Shown here in pieces: positions 49,901 to 63,252 of a stretch of 64,000 nucleotides of DNA; the stretch's first letter is position 1, and each line of letters starts with the position of its first letter. The notes under the pieces were generated by a model that was not told where the DNA came from, ran no database searches, and was given only the letters and a program-made list of their open reading frames with translations. The translations under genes were made by a program, and so were the position numbers. Source of the stretch: Azolla caroliniana (taxonomy: Eukaryota > Plantae > Polypodiophyta); contig JBHGNT010000016.1 of NCBI GenBank assembly GCA_043228905.1, positions 12,090,001-12,154,000 of the forward strand, in the 5' to 3' direction.

Positions 49901-50574
49901 ACGCATAGCTCCGTAACCGGTTACATGCCGGTAGAACTCATGACCGGACAAGCATCGGTAATGCCGACGGAAACCGCGATCGCAACATGGACAGTGCTAC
50001 CGTGGAAGGAAGAGATGAGCCGGGAAGAACTACTAGCGGTCCGGATACGACAACTAGAGGGAAGACCAGTAGACATAGCGGAAGCAATACGCCGACAACA
50101 AGAAGCACGGTTCCGGAACAAAAGCCGGTTCGACACAAAGCACCGACTACGACCGAGGAGGATTGAAGAAGGAGATTGGGTGATCGTCTATGACGGTAGT
50201 TTGGACCATTAACATACAACGATGCGGAAATTCGCAGAAAGGTGGTTCGGGCCATACGAGGTTCGGAAAGTCTTCGACAACGGAACGTACCGATTGCCCG
50301 AGTTGGATGGAACAATACTACGAGTGCCTATAGCCAGGAAGCGGGTGAAGATTTTCAAGAAGCGGACCGACGACAAACCCTATGTGATCCAAGCCAAGGC
50401 CGACAACGAGGAGCAATCGGATGAAAACCACGGTGATGCGGGAAGCGAAGAAAGTGAATTACAACTCATAGTCGACATTAGGGGAGAATCGGAGGAAGCT
50501 TTGGGTGAAGACGGATATGAGGAATCGAGAACTTCGGCACATACCGGAGGATGTGCGGGTTCGGAGGGGGCGAG
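46976..50574 (+). pseudogene. G1 pol (RT-RNase H-integrase) in the -1 frame relative to gag-pro
   Basis: In-frame ORFs 47102-47611, 47642-48352, 48377-50212 and 50222 onward, separated by single stop codons. Confidence 0.85.
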
Positions 50575-53295
50575 TGTCGTAGTGTATTCCACACACTACG
50601 TGAAAACCATAAAATAATATATCCGATTTTAGATACATATAAATAAATAAATAATATATCAAAATATTTATCACGTGCATAAGGCAAGATTTGAACCCTA
50701 TACCTCCACATAGCCAAACCTCAACTTTACCATTATGCTACCTTATCTTTAGTGTTCTACAAATAGATTTAATAACTATAATTGCTTTATTTGTTGTGCC
50801 TACCTTTATTAAAAGGTAAATCATGCATTTTTAGAGTGCGTGAATATTTTATAGAAAAACGCAAGCAACTAAAAAGTGACTCATGCACATCTAGCGTGCA
50901 TGAGCACTATATTTAGCAAATAAAAGCAAGGATTAGAAAAGCATCACATGCACATTTAGTGTGCATGAACATATTAGAAAAAGCATGTAGCTATGCTTAG
51001 TCTCTCCCATCACTATATAAGGATGGGGAGCACATTGTAGTTTTTGTTGATTATTTTTCTATAATGATCAATCAATCTAAAATATTCGCGGGATTCACGA
51101 ATTTGCTAAAATAATTCTCTCTTACTACCTAAATATTGACTAAATATACTAAACTCGTGGGATTCACAAGATTCTTATCTTATAACTCTTTATACCTATT
51201 CTTTACTAGCCTTATTTGTATTTTTCTTCCTCCTAGTCCAAAACCTCAACGGTTCCCACCCGACTCACGCAACGATCCGGAGCCGAAAGGCACGACAGCG
51301 TAAACCGGGAGGCCATTAGGAAAGATATTCCGTGAGGAATATATTTGGGAGTTAGTGTAGGAGCTCTTAAAGAGCATTGAAGTACGGTCAGTACTTCGGT
51401 CAGTCCTTCGAGGACTTGTATAAAAGTGTTCATGGAACACACATATGTGTAGAGGAGTGAATCGAGATCTTTTGTTGAATATAGTTCTTGTGTTTTCTCT
51501 CTCTCACTCTCGCTGTCTCTCCCACGTATACTGCGTAAGCTCAAGCTCTCCATTAAACCTAAGTTTTCTTCCTTCTGTTCCGTCTTCATACTTGCTTCTG
51601 CACGTTACTTCTTACAAAACCGTGATCCACCATGAAGGATTCGAACTTTCAGGTGCCTGCTTCAGCTCGTACAAGCTTTTCTTCCGCCGACATACCAAGT
51701 TCTCTTTACCTTTCTATACAAATCCTTCTAGTTGCTGTATGTAGATCTTAGAGGGTATCTTCTACCTCCATTCGACGTAGTCGGCTCTTGTTCGGATTCT
51801 TCTGTTGGCTCTTCGACCGAGTCGGATTCGGGTCCTCGTTCGGCCGACTGTCTTCTTTCAACTAGTTCCCCTTGTTCCTTAACTGGCTCCCGACTTTGTC
51901 GACTATCTATTCAGCCGACTGGTTTGTATTCGACTCTTTCCATAATAATCTTGTTCATTCTTTTGACTAGCTCGTTTAGTTCCGGCATCTTTGGCACGGT
52001 GTGTGACCGGCAATATTCCTCGAACTACCCTCTGTACTTCCCTCCATTATTTGTCCAAATAGCCTTCAACTTTTGTCTGGATTCTCTTTCCTCTCTTGCT
52101 TGGAATTCTTTGAAGACAGACAGGACAACACATTGTCCTTTGTCTTCAGTGTGGAAACTTGTAAAGAATCGGATATGATTCTTGTGTGGCGGAAGAGATG
52201 TTGTTATGTCTATGTATTAGAGGAAAGAGACGAGAGAAGAGAAAACACGATATAAATAGATAAAATAGAAAATAGAATACTCAAGAAGAAAGTGTATATT
52301 CACAAGGAGAATATGAGATACAAATGTAGCATTACAAGGAGTCACAACTGATTTAGTATGAAGTAGGAGAAGAGTGCTTTATATAAGGTCATCCTCTCTC
52401 TTCATCAACTCATGTAAAAAGAATAGTACATGTGCGGAAGTGTAATAAACACAACCGGGTAACACCGACGAACACAAGAAGATTTAATGGAGAGCTTAAA
52501 CGACACAACGTATGCAGGAGAGATAGAGCAAAAAACACACAAAATAGATTCAAAATAATAACGTTGTGTACATAGAATGCGCTCAGAGAGCGCTTTTATT
52601 CAAGTCCATACGGACTGACAAAAGTACTGACTCGTACTTCAGTGCTCATTAATGAGCCTCCTACACTAACTCCCAAAATTATTCCTTCGCGGAATACCTA
52701 TCTAACGGCCTCTCGGTTTACGCACCACTACGACCGATAGTTGTGCACACGGTTTACGCACCCAGTCTACGCACTGGTTTACACAGCCAATGTTGAGCTT
52801 GTATCTCAACACTCCCCCTCAAGCTCAACTTGAGGTTCCGCCTGCTCTTCCGGATCTTCGGTCCGACTTCTCCTCGCTTCACGCCTCGCTCGCGCTCCTC
52901 GATCCGTTCGATTCCGCGCGCCTTGACCCTTTCGGTCGGGTTGTCTACTCGTGTGGCCCTTCTCAACTCCCTTGCTATCGCGGTGTTGGCGCCTCTTTCG
53001 TTGCCCTTTCCTTCGCTTGGCCCTTAGTTGATTCGACACGTTTGAATCAAACATTTCGATTGAATCGGTCACTTCCGATTCATCTCCGCTTTCGCCCGAA
53101 TTGGCTGTCTCCAATTTGTCTTCTATCTTCAGGCCCTTGAGCACATCCGACCATGTCTTGGTCTTGGCCTTTTTGCCCTTCTTTGCTTTATCTCCCCCTA
53201 GTTGGGTTGTCTTCAGCTCTTCCCTGCGGTTGCTACCCCTTTCTTCTCCTTCGGCTTCTACAACTGACCCAAAATCAAATTCTTCATCCGACTCA

Positions 53296-53915
53296 TGTTA
53301 GGAAACAGGTCCCTCCGGATGGGAAGTGAGAAGAACAGTACTGATGAGTAGCCGAAACTGGATGTGAACTACCCGGCTACGGAAGACCCGGTGAGAACCG
53401 GATGACGTGTGCCTGGCAAGCGCCGGATGATGCTGGCCCGGTGAGGAGTGCTGACCGGATGAAGGGGCATATTCGTAAATATGTTTTCTGAGAGTCCATC
53501 GGGGCTATATTTGTAAATAGCCAAAAAGTCATATTAGTATAAATATGACTTAGGGCAAACTTAGTACATGTTGTTGTTGTCATTCTTGTTGGCGCAAGAT
53601 TAGAGCGCGTAACTGTGTATAGAGAGAGTGAGAGAGAGGAAGAGGTCGTTGCCTCTGTTGTAACCGCCACCTGTGGCGAAGATAGAAAGCTCGAGGTCGT
53701 TGCTTCGTTGCTTTACCATTTGTACATTCTGACATAGTGACAGTTTGCAGTCTGTGGGCTGCCGTGGTTTTTTCCCTAGTTTGGGTTTTCCACGTTAACA
53801 TCCTGTGTTCTCTTCTCTCCATTGTGTCGTGCATTCATTTCTCGTTTTCTGTGTTTTTTGATTCTAAGCTCGGTTGTGGCCGAGCGTTGTTCATCGGGAG
53901 CGTGTGTTCCTATCA
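53296..53915 (+). mobile_element. Solo LTR of Copia family B
   Basis: TGTTAGGAAACAGGTCCCTCCGGATGGGA...TTCCTATCA, with the same start as the B1 LTRs; TSD ACTCA/ACTCG (one transition); no PBS or PPT alongside. Confidence 0.85.
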
Positions 53916-56900
53916 ACTCGGCATCGCTTCTTTCATGCTCCTATTCCTGTCTCCCCCTCAAGTTCAGCGTGTTGAGGCGGCGCAACCCAAGCACACTCGA
54001 GAATTGCCGTAACTTGTCGAGGCCAAGGGGCTTGGTGAAGATGTCGGCAATCTGCCAACCTGTCGGAACATATACTAGTCCGACTTCACCGGAGAGGACA
54101 CGCTCGTGGACGAAATGGTAACGCACCTCAATGTGCTTGGTCCGAGCGTGGAAGACAGGGTTCTTCGCAAGTTGGATGCTGCTGAGGTTGTCACAATAGA
54201 TTGGCGTCGGAGCAGACACCTCCACATGCAGATCCTTGAGTAGTCTCTTGAGCCAAATGACTTCGCATGTAGCGACAACCACCCCTCGATATTCGGCCTC
54301 CGTGCTCGACAATGCTATTGTCGCTGCTTCTTACTATTGCACGCGATCGCCGCACTTCCCAATGAGAATGCGTATCCTGATGTTGATCTACAATCGCTGG
54401 CATTTCCGGCCCAATCGGCATCCGTGTAGCCAACTAACTGTTCGGCTACTCCTGCTTGATAAAGCAATTCCATGTCCTTAGTGCCGCTAACATATCACAA
54501 TATTCTTTGCGTGCACCAAAAATGTTCGGACATGGGTTGCGACATAAATTGACTGATCAAGCTGACCAGGTAACTAAGATCTGGCTGAGTGATCGTCAAA
54601 TAGATTAGGCTTCCGACGATCTGTCGGAACCGTGTCGGGTCGCATGCCTTCCCCGAATCTCAGCGAAGCTTTGCGTTTTTGTCCAGAGGGGTTGAGATGG
54701 ACTTACAATCTGCCATCCCAAACTTGAAGAGCATATTCAGCACGTAGTGACGTTGGTTGATCAATATGCCTTCGGGGGTGCGGATCACTTCGATCCCTAG
54801 GAAGTAATGAAGGTTGCCAAGATCTTTCATTTCGAACGATGCCGCAAATTGAGACTTTACACGGCCGATTTCATCTAGGTTGGCACCGGCGATGACTAGA
54901 TCATCAACATAAAGTAAGAGGATAACCGGGCCATGTCGACCTTGCCGAATGAACAATGAAGAGTCCGACTTCGATGGTGCAAACCCCATCTTATGCAACT
55001 GTTGCGTAATCTTCACGTTCTAAGCTCGTGGGGCTTGCTTAAGTCCGTATAATGACTTCTTCAATCGGCAAACTGCCGAAGTGTTCTGTTCGGATAGAAA
55101 TCTAGGGCGTTGTACCATGTACACCTGCTCCTGAAGATCGCCTTGCAAGAGCGCATTCTTTACATCCATCTGATGTAAGTGCTACCCCTTCGCCGCTGCC
55201 ACGGCCAGCAGAACACGGACAATGGTCATCTTCGGGACATGCGCAAAGGTCTCATCGTAATCAACGCCGTGCTTCTGCGCGTAGCCTTTCGCCACTAACC
55301 GGGCCTTGTATTGGTTGACTAAGCCGTCGGTGTTGTACTTCACCTTGTACACCCATCTGCATCCGATCGGCTTCACACCTTTAGGTGTGTCAACCAGGTC
55401 CCAAGTCTCATTGTTTAAAAACGCGTGCATCTCTTCCTTCATCGCGGCACGCCAGTTCGCGTCCTTCGCCGCTTCTACATAACTCTCTAGCTCATGCACT
55501 TCCGCCACTCGCGTCATGTACGCGTAATGATGCGCCATGTACTCGTTGTATCCGAAGCGCACCACGAGGTTCTTCTGGCAGGTTGATCGTCTTAATTGCT
55601 CATTAACCGATTTATAGGCCCTCTTGGCGGACACGGACTTCGTTTCTGGAGGTCCATCTTTGTTCTTCTCGGAGTTGGATTCGCTTCGGTCTGAATTGTC
55701 CTTATCAGTGCCGTACTCCAACATCTTCTTCTTTGCCTTCTCTTCGCCCATAAGCCGTCTCCTTGGCTTCTTGCTCGGGGAATGCACGACTGAGTCACCA
55801 CTACTCACCGGCTCTGTGTCTGACTGGTCATGCCGACTCAGTCGTGCATTCGGCCACTCAGATTAGACTCTCTTCAGGAGCTCCGATGTCTCCTTTGTCC
55901 TGAGGCATTTCAGCTTCGTTGACCTCTTCGTCAGTGATTGGAATGGAATCGTCAATGGATGGAGGTGAAGGCAAGTACCACGATGAGGACTCGTCGAACA
56001 CAACATCATCACGACTTACGCGAGCCTATTTGGTTTGGGGGTTATAACACTTATAACCATTCTGTTCGTCCGAGTAGCCAACCAAGATACACTTCTCGGC
56101 TTCAGCGTCAAGCTTCCTCTGTTTCTCCTTCGGCACATGTGCATACGCGATGCTATTGAAAACCCTCAAGTGTGCCAAGTTCGGCTTCTTCTTGAAGTAC
56201 AATTCATGTGGAGACACTCCATTAGTAGAACTCCGATTCTGCAAGTAAACATCTGTCCTCACAGTTTCAGCCCAATAAAATTTCGGCATATGCTTCTCTT
56301 CAAGCATTGCCTTGGCCGCCTCTTCGATCGTTTGATTCTTCCGCTCAACCACGCCGTTCTGCTCCGGCGTGTATCTACACGAGAATTCGCGTCGAATTCC
56401 CTCCTTCTGTAGACAACTCGAGAACTAGACAAAGAAGTACTTCTTCCCACCATCGAACCATAAGCACTTGATCTTACGTCCGATTTCCCGTTCTGCAAGG
56501 CTCTTTACCTTCAGGAAACACGCAAAACGCTCTTTTTCACGATCAAGTACGCCCAAGTGTGTCGAGTGAAGTCATCAATGAAGGTCATGAAATATCTGCT
56601 TCCACCGAGACTCACGTTATGTGCCGGTCCCCATACATCCAAATGGATCACATTGAGCGGATTTCGACTCCGGTAATGCTCATTGGGGAATGGAAGTCGG
56701 TGATGCTTTCCCAACTGACAGGCTTCGCAGACTAGGCCCTTTCGGCCACTAAATTTCGGCAAGCCGAAAACGATGTTTTTCGTCTGCATTTCTCGAAGCT
56801 TCGGGAAATTTACGTGGACGAACCGCTTGTGCCACAGGTCGATATCCGATTCTACCTTTTGCCCTTTCGCGAACATAGCAGTGCCTACGTCGTTGGTCTC

Positions 56901-57965
56901 GAGGATAAACATCCTCCCTTCACGGCGCCCTTGTGTGATAACTTTGCCTTCTTCTTCGATGTAGCACCCGAGATGTGTGAATTGAAGTTGCATCCCCTGG
57001 TCGACGATCTGTCCGATCGACACCAGGTTCTTGGTTATTGTCGGGACGTGTAGCATGTTCATGAGTTTCCCTTTCTGCCCGACGTGCCTAAGGGGAACTT
57101 CTCCGACATGTTGGATGCTATGCGAAGCATCGTCTCCGGTTTCGACCACTCTTTGTTTTTCCGGTTTCTCCAAGTACGAGAACCATTCCTTGTGACTCGT
57201 CATATGATTTGACACTCCAGAGTCAACATACCACACCTCGTTTGGTTTTGAGGTGTTCACCGCCATCGAATTTGCCTTGTGCTTCATTATGAAGGCTGGG
57301 TCCGATCCATTTTCGGCTTGTTCGGAGCCTTCCGCGTAGTGTGACCTTTGACGCCTATCTGCATCTCTTCCGCTTGACCCAACTTTGTCCGAATCGGCTC
57401 TTTTTTCCAGCACTCGCTTTTTATGTGGCCTTTCTTACCACAGTACCTGAAAGGAAAAATCGTTGCCGGCCACAATCGGTTGTACGTGTGCGGAATAATA
57501 GTCGATCTAATGAAAATAAAAAAAACAGAATACAGAAACTGAGAATGACACAACTTTTAACGTGGAAACCCGAACTAGGAAAAACCACGTGGAGTCCACA
57601 AACTTTGAACAGAACACTATGAGAGAAAGGAATACAATCAGAGATCTCAAAGGCAATGACCTCGAGATCCTGCTTCGCCAACAGGCGGCTATGGAGCTCA
57701 CACGCTTCCACTCACACTCGTTCACTCTCACAGTTACAGAGGCAACAACCTCGTCAACAATAACTTTACAACAACACACATATCTAACATGTTTGCCCTA
57801 AGTACTTATATACATTTCGACTATTTACAAGTTTAGCCTTCCGTGTTGGCTATCTCCATGATTTTCGGATTTGGCCTCGGCCTATCGGCATCGGCCAAGT
57901 TGCTCATCAACACGGTTCTTCTCACTTCCCATCCGGAGGGACCTGTTTCCTAACAAACTCCCCCT

Positions 57966-60900
57966 TCACTCCGGCATGGGATGTCTTACTAGTCCGATCC
58001 TCTTCCGACATGCATCCAACTTGTCGGGTATCAGTACTTTGGTCAGCATATCTGACCCGTTCTCGGCCGTGTGGATCTTCGTCAGCGCGAACTCTCGATC
58101 TTCTACTCGCTCCCGGATCCAGTGATACCTATGTTGGATGTGCTTCATCCCAGAATGGTACGCTGCGTTCTTAGCAAGGTGGATGGCACTTTGACTATTG
58201 CAATAGAGCCTGTATTCATTTTGCCGGATACCGACCTCTCTGATGAAATCCTTCATCCATAATATTTCCTTGCCGGCTTCAACAACCGCCATGTACTCCG
58301 CCTCCGTGGTTGACAACGCAACCGTCTTCTACAGCCTCGACTTCGACGAAACAACTCCCCCTGCATATGTCATTACATACTCGGATGTAGACCGGCTGGT
58401 ATCCACATCAGCCGACATATCCGAATCGGTAAAACCGTCAAGTTGAGGCTTACCAGAGCCGAATCGGAGACACATATTCGAAGTGCCCTTCAAGTACCGG
58501 AGTATCCATTTGACCGCGTTCCAGTGCTCCTTGTCGGGATTGCTCATAAACCGGTTCACCACTCCGACTGCGTATCCAATATCCGGTCGAGTACACACCA
58601 CTACGTACATTAAGCTCCCGACGGCAGAGGCATATGGAACCTTCATCATATCCACCTTCTCTGCTTTCGTCTTCGAACTTTGTTTACCGGATAATTTGCA
58701 GTTTGTCGGGTGTGTTGATCCGACCAGTTTCGCTTCTAACATGTTGAACCGTTGAAGCACCTTTGTCACGTATTTCTCTTGTGACAACCACAATTGCTTC
58801 TTTGATCGGTCCCGGATGATGTGCATTCCTAGTATCTATCTTGTCGGGCCCAAGTCTTTCATTGAGAGAGTTCGGTTGAGAGTCTTCTTCAGCATTCGTA
58901 TTTTGGCTTGGTCCCGTCCGACGATCAACATGTCATCCACGTACAGAATGAGTATCAGGAAGTCGCTTCCTTCGAACTTCTTTACAAACACGCAGTGATC
59001 GATTTGCATTTTGTGATACCCTTGGTCGGTCATCAAGGAGTCGAACTTCCGGTACCATTGTCGGGGAGCCTGCTTCAGTCCGTACAGGCTCTTCTTCAAC
59101 CAGGAAATTAGGTGCTCCTTCCCTTTCTCCATGAATCCTTCCAGTTGCTGCATGTAGATCTCCTCTTCGAGGACTCCGTGAAGGAATGCCGTCTTCACGT
59201 CCAGCTGCTCTACCTCGAGGTCCATGCTTGCTGTTATAGTGAGCACCGTCCGGATGGAAGTCATCTTTACTACTGGGGCAAATATCTTGTCGAAGTCCAC
59301 GCCCTTCTTCTGTTGGAACCCCTTCACCACGATCCTGGCTTTGTATCTCGGGGGGTTGCCGGCATCTCCCGGTTTCAACTTGTACACCCACTTGTTTCGG
59401 AGTGCCCGCTTTCCTTTCGGCAACTCCACCAATTCGTACGTATGGTTCTCATGCAAGGAATCCATCTCATCCTGCATGGCACTTAACCATTTGCGGCTAT
59501 GGGTGTCACTTTTAGCTTCCTCGAAGCTTTCTGGCTCCCCCTCATCGGTTAGCAACACGTGCTCTGGATGCGGAAATCTTCGGGGGGCCCTTCTCTCTCA
59601 GATAGGATATCTGTGTCCTTGGGCTTCGGTAACCGACACCTCCATTTGCTCTTCATCCGAATCCAATTCGGGGTCTTGTCCGGTTTTGGTTTCTCCTATT
59701 CCTTCTTCTTCGACTGGTTTTGTCTCCTCACCGTCACCGGCCGGTTCATCGAGTGCTAACCGACTTCTTGCCGGTTGGAGCTGCATTTCATCAAGTCGAA
59801 ATTTTTCCTTACCGGTCGACTCAGAGTTCATTATCTTCTTCTCCAACTCCCAGTCGGCGAGCGTCTTGTCCTCCATGAAGATAATATCTCGACTCCGGAA
59901 TACTTTCTGGTCAACCGGGTCCCACACTCAGTAGCCAAACTCATCGTCGTCGTTACCGAGGAATATGCATGGCCGGGTCTTCGGATCTAACTTTCCTCTC
60001 CGGTCCTTAGCTACATGCACGTACGCAAGACACCGGAATACCTTTAGATGCCGGTAGGACACTTCCTTACCGGTCCCGACTCTCTGCGGCGTGTCTCCGT
60101 CCAAGGGTACCGAGGGTGATCTGTTTATCACATATGTCGATGTCGACAGTGCCTCAGCCCAAAACTTCTTGGGTAGTCTTGCATGCGCTAGCATACTCCG
60201 GACCCTCTCCATTATGCTCCGGTTCATCTTCTCGGCCAGTCCGTTTAGTTCCGGCGTCTTCGGCACAGTAAATTCGAGCCGGATTCCCTTCGAGCGGCAG
60301 TACTCCTCGAACTGCCCCCGGTATTCTCCTCTGTTATCTGCTCGAACCGCCTTCAGCTTCCGGCCGGTTTCTCTTTCCACTCTCGCGTGGAGCTCTTTGA
60401 AGACGGATAACACCTGATCCTTCGTCTTCAACGGTGTGGCCCACAGCTTCCGGCTGTGGTGATCTATGAACGTCACGAAGTATTGCGCTCCGGCATGTGA
60501 CTTCGTGTCTACTTGACACACATCCGTATGCACCAACTCTAGTGGTGCATTCCTTCTCATCGGTGGCCTTGGTTGGAAGGAGGTCCGGTTCTGCTTACCG
60601 GCCAGACAATCAGTGCACTTCTCTAAGTGCACGTTCTTCACTGGAATGAGGTTGTCGTTTGCAGGCCTCTTCATCCCCTTCTCGCTCATATGACACAGCC
60701 TCTTGTGCCACAACTCACCGGCAGTGTCGGAAGCCACGTTCACTTCTTCCGGGCATAACTGGGCATTCATCAGGTACAGTGTGTTGACCTTCCGGGCCCG
60801 AGCCACAATCAGGCTCCCTTTGCTGAACTTCATGACACCGTTCCGGATGCTACCCGTGTAGCCTTCATCATCTAGCCGACCAGCTGATATCAGGTTCAGA

Positions 60901-62015
60901 CGAACCTCCGGAACGTGTCGGACATCCTTCAGCAGCAACTTGCATCCGGTTGGTGTTGACAGCCACATGTCTCCTATGCCGACAATTCAGCATGTACCTT
61001 CATTCCCCATCCGGACACAGCCGTGGTCACTGGCTGAGTAGGATGAGAAGCATTTCCGGTCCGGGGTAAGGTGGAACGATGCTCCGGAGTCTACCACCCA
61101 GGTCATCTCGTCGCCGGCAAGGTTTATCTCACTCTCCTCAGTGATGAGCATCAACTCTTCTTCACTTGCCGCGATTGCCGTCGTTCCCTTCCGGTCCGTC
61201 CCCTTCCGGTCTTTACCGTTCGGGTCCGGGGTCCGCTTCGAATTGGTACCGTTGGTTTCCTTGTCTTTACGGAAATGCCGACAGTTCTTTTGGAAGTGAC
61301 CTGGCTTGCCACAATAGAAGCAAGTGGGCCTCCACCTTGACTTTGACCGTGTCCCCGACTTCTCCCGGGTCTGGGGACTACGGTTTCTCTGTCTTCCGCG
61401 TTCCGATTCGGTAATGAGCGCTTTGGAGTCGGAGCTCGTATCTTTATCTTTCCGACGCACCTCCTCCTCTAGCAAGCTCAACTTTACTCTTGCTAGGGAT
61501 AACCGCTTTCCTTCCGGCCCGACGTTGCCCAAAGTGACAACCAACATCTCCCAGCTATCCGGGAGGGAACCGAGCAGGAGTAGCGCTAGTACCTCGTCGG
61601 CGAGAGGTACTTCCAATGATGTTGCCTGGTGTATCAGCCCCTGGAAGGCATTCATGTGCTCCGCCATGCTGGAGCCATCTTGGTACCGGAGTCTTACTAG
61701 CTTCCGGAATACCAAAACCTGACTAACAACATTTTTGTTTTGAAACATTATGCCGATCTTCTCCCAGAGCTCATGAGCCTTGCTCTCCTCATTGAAGTTG
61801 TTGTACAGGCTCATGTCGATGAAGCACCGTATGTATGCCGTTGTCTTCATGTGCATCACCTCCCATATCGCGGCGTCGATTTTGTCCAGTCTCTTGTCCC
61901 CGAACTGAACCGGCAGCCAGAGGTCTTTAACCACGAGCATGTCTCTCATCTTCGACTTCCACACTGAATAGTTGGAGCCGGTGAGCTTGAACATGCCGCC
62001 AAACGATTCGTCCAT
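57966..62015 (-). pseudogene. B1 main gag-pol polyprotein, few stops
   Basis: ORFs 60987-62015, 59928-60968, 59598-59927, 58836-59558, 58329-58826 and 57966-58316 with CFYCGKPGHFQKNC, VVDSGASFH, HTDVC, QLDVKTAFLHG and YVDDM. Confidence 0.88.
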
Positions 62016-62182
62016 TTTCTGTGTCGTTTCGCTTTGATACCACTTGACGGGAACTCAACGCTCCTTATGTCCAACGCTCGGCCACAACCGAGATTCTTTT
62101 CATACATAGAAAACGGGAAACAAATGCACGACACAAAGGAGAGAAAAAAAGGTAGACAGGATGTTTACGTGGAAAACCCAAA

Positions 62183-63252
62183 CGTCTTGGGTAATTTTGC
62201 ATGCGCCAGCATACTTCGGACCCTCTCCATTATGGTTTGGTTCATCCTCTCGGCCAGCTCGTTTAGTTCCGGCGTCTTCGGCACGGTAAATTTGAGCCGG
62301 ATTCCCTTCGAGTGACAGTACTCCTCGAACTGCCCCCGGTACTTTCCTCCGTTATTTGCTTGAACCGCCTTCAGCTTCCGGCCGGTTTATCTTTCCACTC
62401 TCGCGTGGAGCTCTTTGAAGATGGATAGCACCTGATCCTTTGTCTTCAACGGTGTGGCCCACAGCTTCCGGCTGTGGTCATCTATGAACGTCACGAAGTA
62501 CTGCGATCCGGCATGTGACTTCATGTCCACTTGACACACATCAGTATGCACCAACTCCAGTGGTGCATTACGTCTCATCGGTGGCCTCGATCGGAAGGAA
62601 GTTCGGTTTTGTTTACCGGCCAGACAATCAGTGCACTTCTCCAAGTGCACGTTCTTCATTGGAATGAGGTTGTCGTCTGCAAGCCTCTTCATCCCCTTCT
62701 CGCTCATGTGACACAGCCTCTTGTGCCACAGCTCACCGGCAATGTCGGATGCCACGTTCACTTCCTCTAGACATAACCGGGCATTCATCAGGTACAAAGT
62801 GTTGACTTTCCGGGCCCGAGCCACAATCAGACTCCCTTTGCTGAACTTCATAACACCGTTCCGGATGCTACCCGCGTAGCCTTCATCATCTAGCCGACCG
62901 GCTGATATTAGGTTCAATCGAACCTCCGGAACATGTCGAACATCCTTCAACAACATCTTGCATCCGGTTGATGTCGTCAACCACACATCTCCTATGCCGA
63001 CAATTCGGCATGTACCTTCATTCCCCATCCGAACACGGCCGTGGTCACCGACACACTGTCGGATAGTGGCCACGACTTTCCTATTCAGAAGCTTCCAATC
63101 CGACTCCAATACCCCCTTTGGTATTTCTGTTTTGTCGATTGGGTCGTACAAGTCTTTTACAATGAGAAGGTCTTCCATCTTAATCTTCTAGTCTGCATAG
63201 TTTTGTGAATTTAGAACCATCATACCTGGGAAGCCGCTCCTGCCTCCTTCCA
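62183..63252 (-). pseudogene. B1 upstream truncated gag/PR-IN copy with an in-frame internal deletion
   Basis: ORF 62387-63178 joins gag ...ATIRQCV directly to protease GDHGRVRMGNEGTC. Confidence 0.8.

Larger units (their letters stand above)
44183..51297 (+). mobile_element. Ty3/Gypsy element G1, full length, no chromodomain, inserted in the A1 3' LTR
   Basis: LTRs 44183-44902 and 50575-51297 (TGTCGTA...CAYGACA); 4-bp TSD GCGT (44179-44182 / 51298-51301); tRNA-Trp PBS 44907-44923; PPT 50563-50574. Domain order gag(CIWC..H..C)-PR(IDHGSEIN)-RT(FLDD)-RH(VDTS)-IN(GHRG..CEKC, WFGPY). Confidence 0.95.
32827..51616 (+). mobile_element. Copia family A element A1, full length and decayed; host of A2 and G1
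   Basis: TSD AAACC (32822-32826 / 51617-51621); 5' LTR 32827-33215; PBS TGGTATCAGAGC 33216-33227 (tRNA-iMet); PPT ~44082-44094; 3' LTR 44095-44182 plus 51302-51616. Domain order gag-PR(DSGA)-IN-RT(YVDD)-RH with several stop codons. Confidence 0.95.
32340..52100 (-). mobile_element. Old Copia family B (Tnt1-like) RT remnant, split by A1 into ~32340-32826 and 51617-~52100
   Basis: LLLYVDDMLIVG and SQEKYVMKVLQSFNM on the left; the sequence resumes after the A1 TSD AAACC. Confidence 0.75.

Noticed and set aside
52160-52412. AT-rich LTR-like fragment left of A3
   Set aside because: No partner LTR, PBS or TSD is visible in the window.
52408-53295. ACTCA precedes both the A3 3' LTR and the solo LTR
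   Set aside because: The two copies flank different insertions and do not bracket an element; a 5-mer coincidence.
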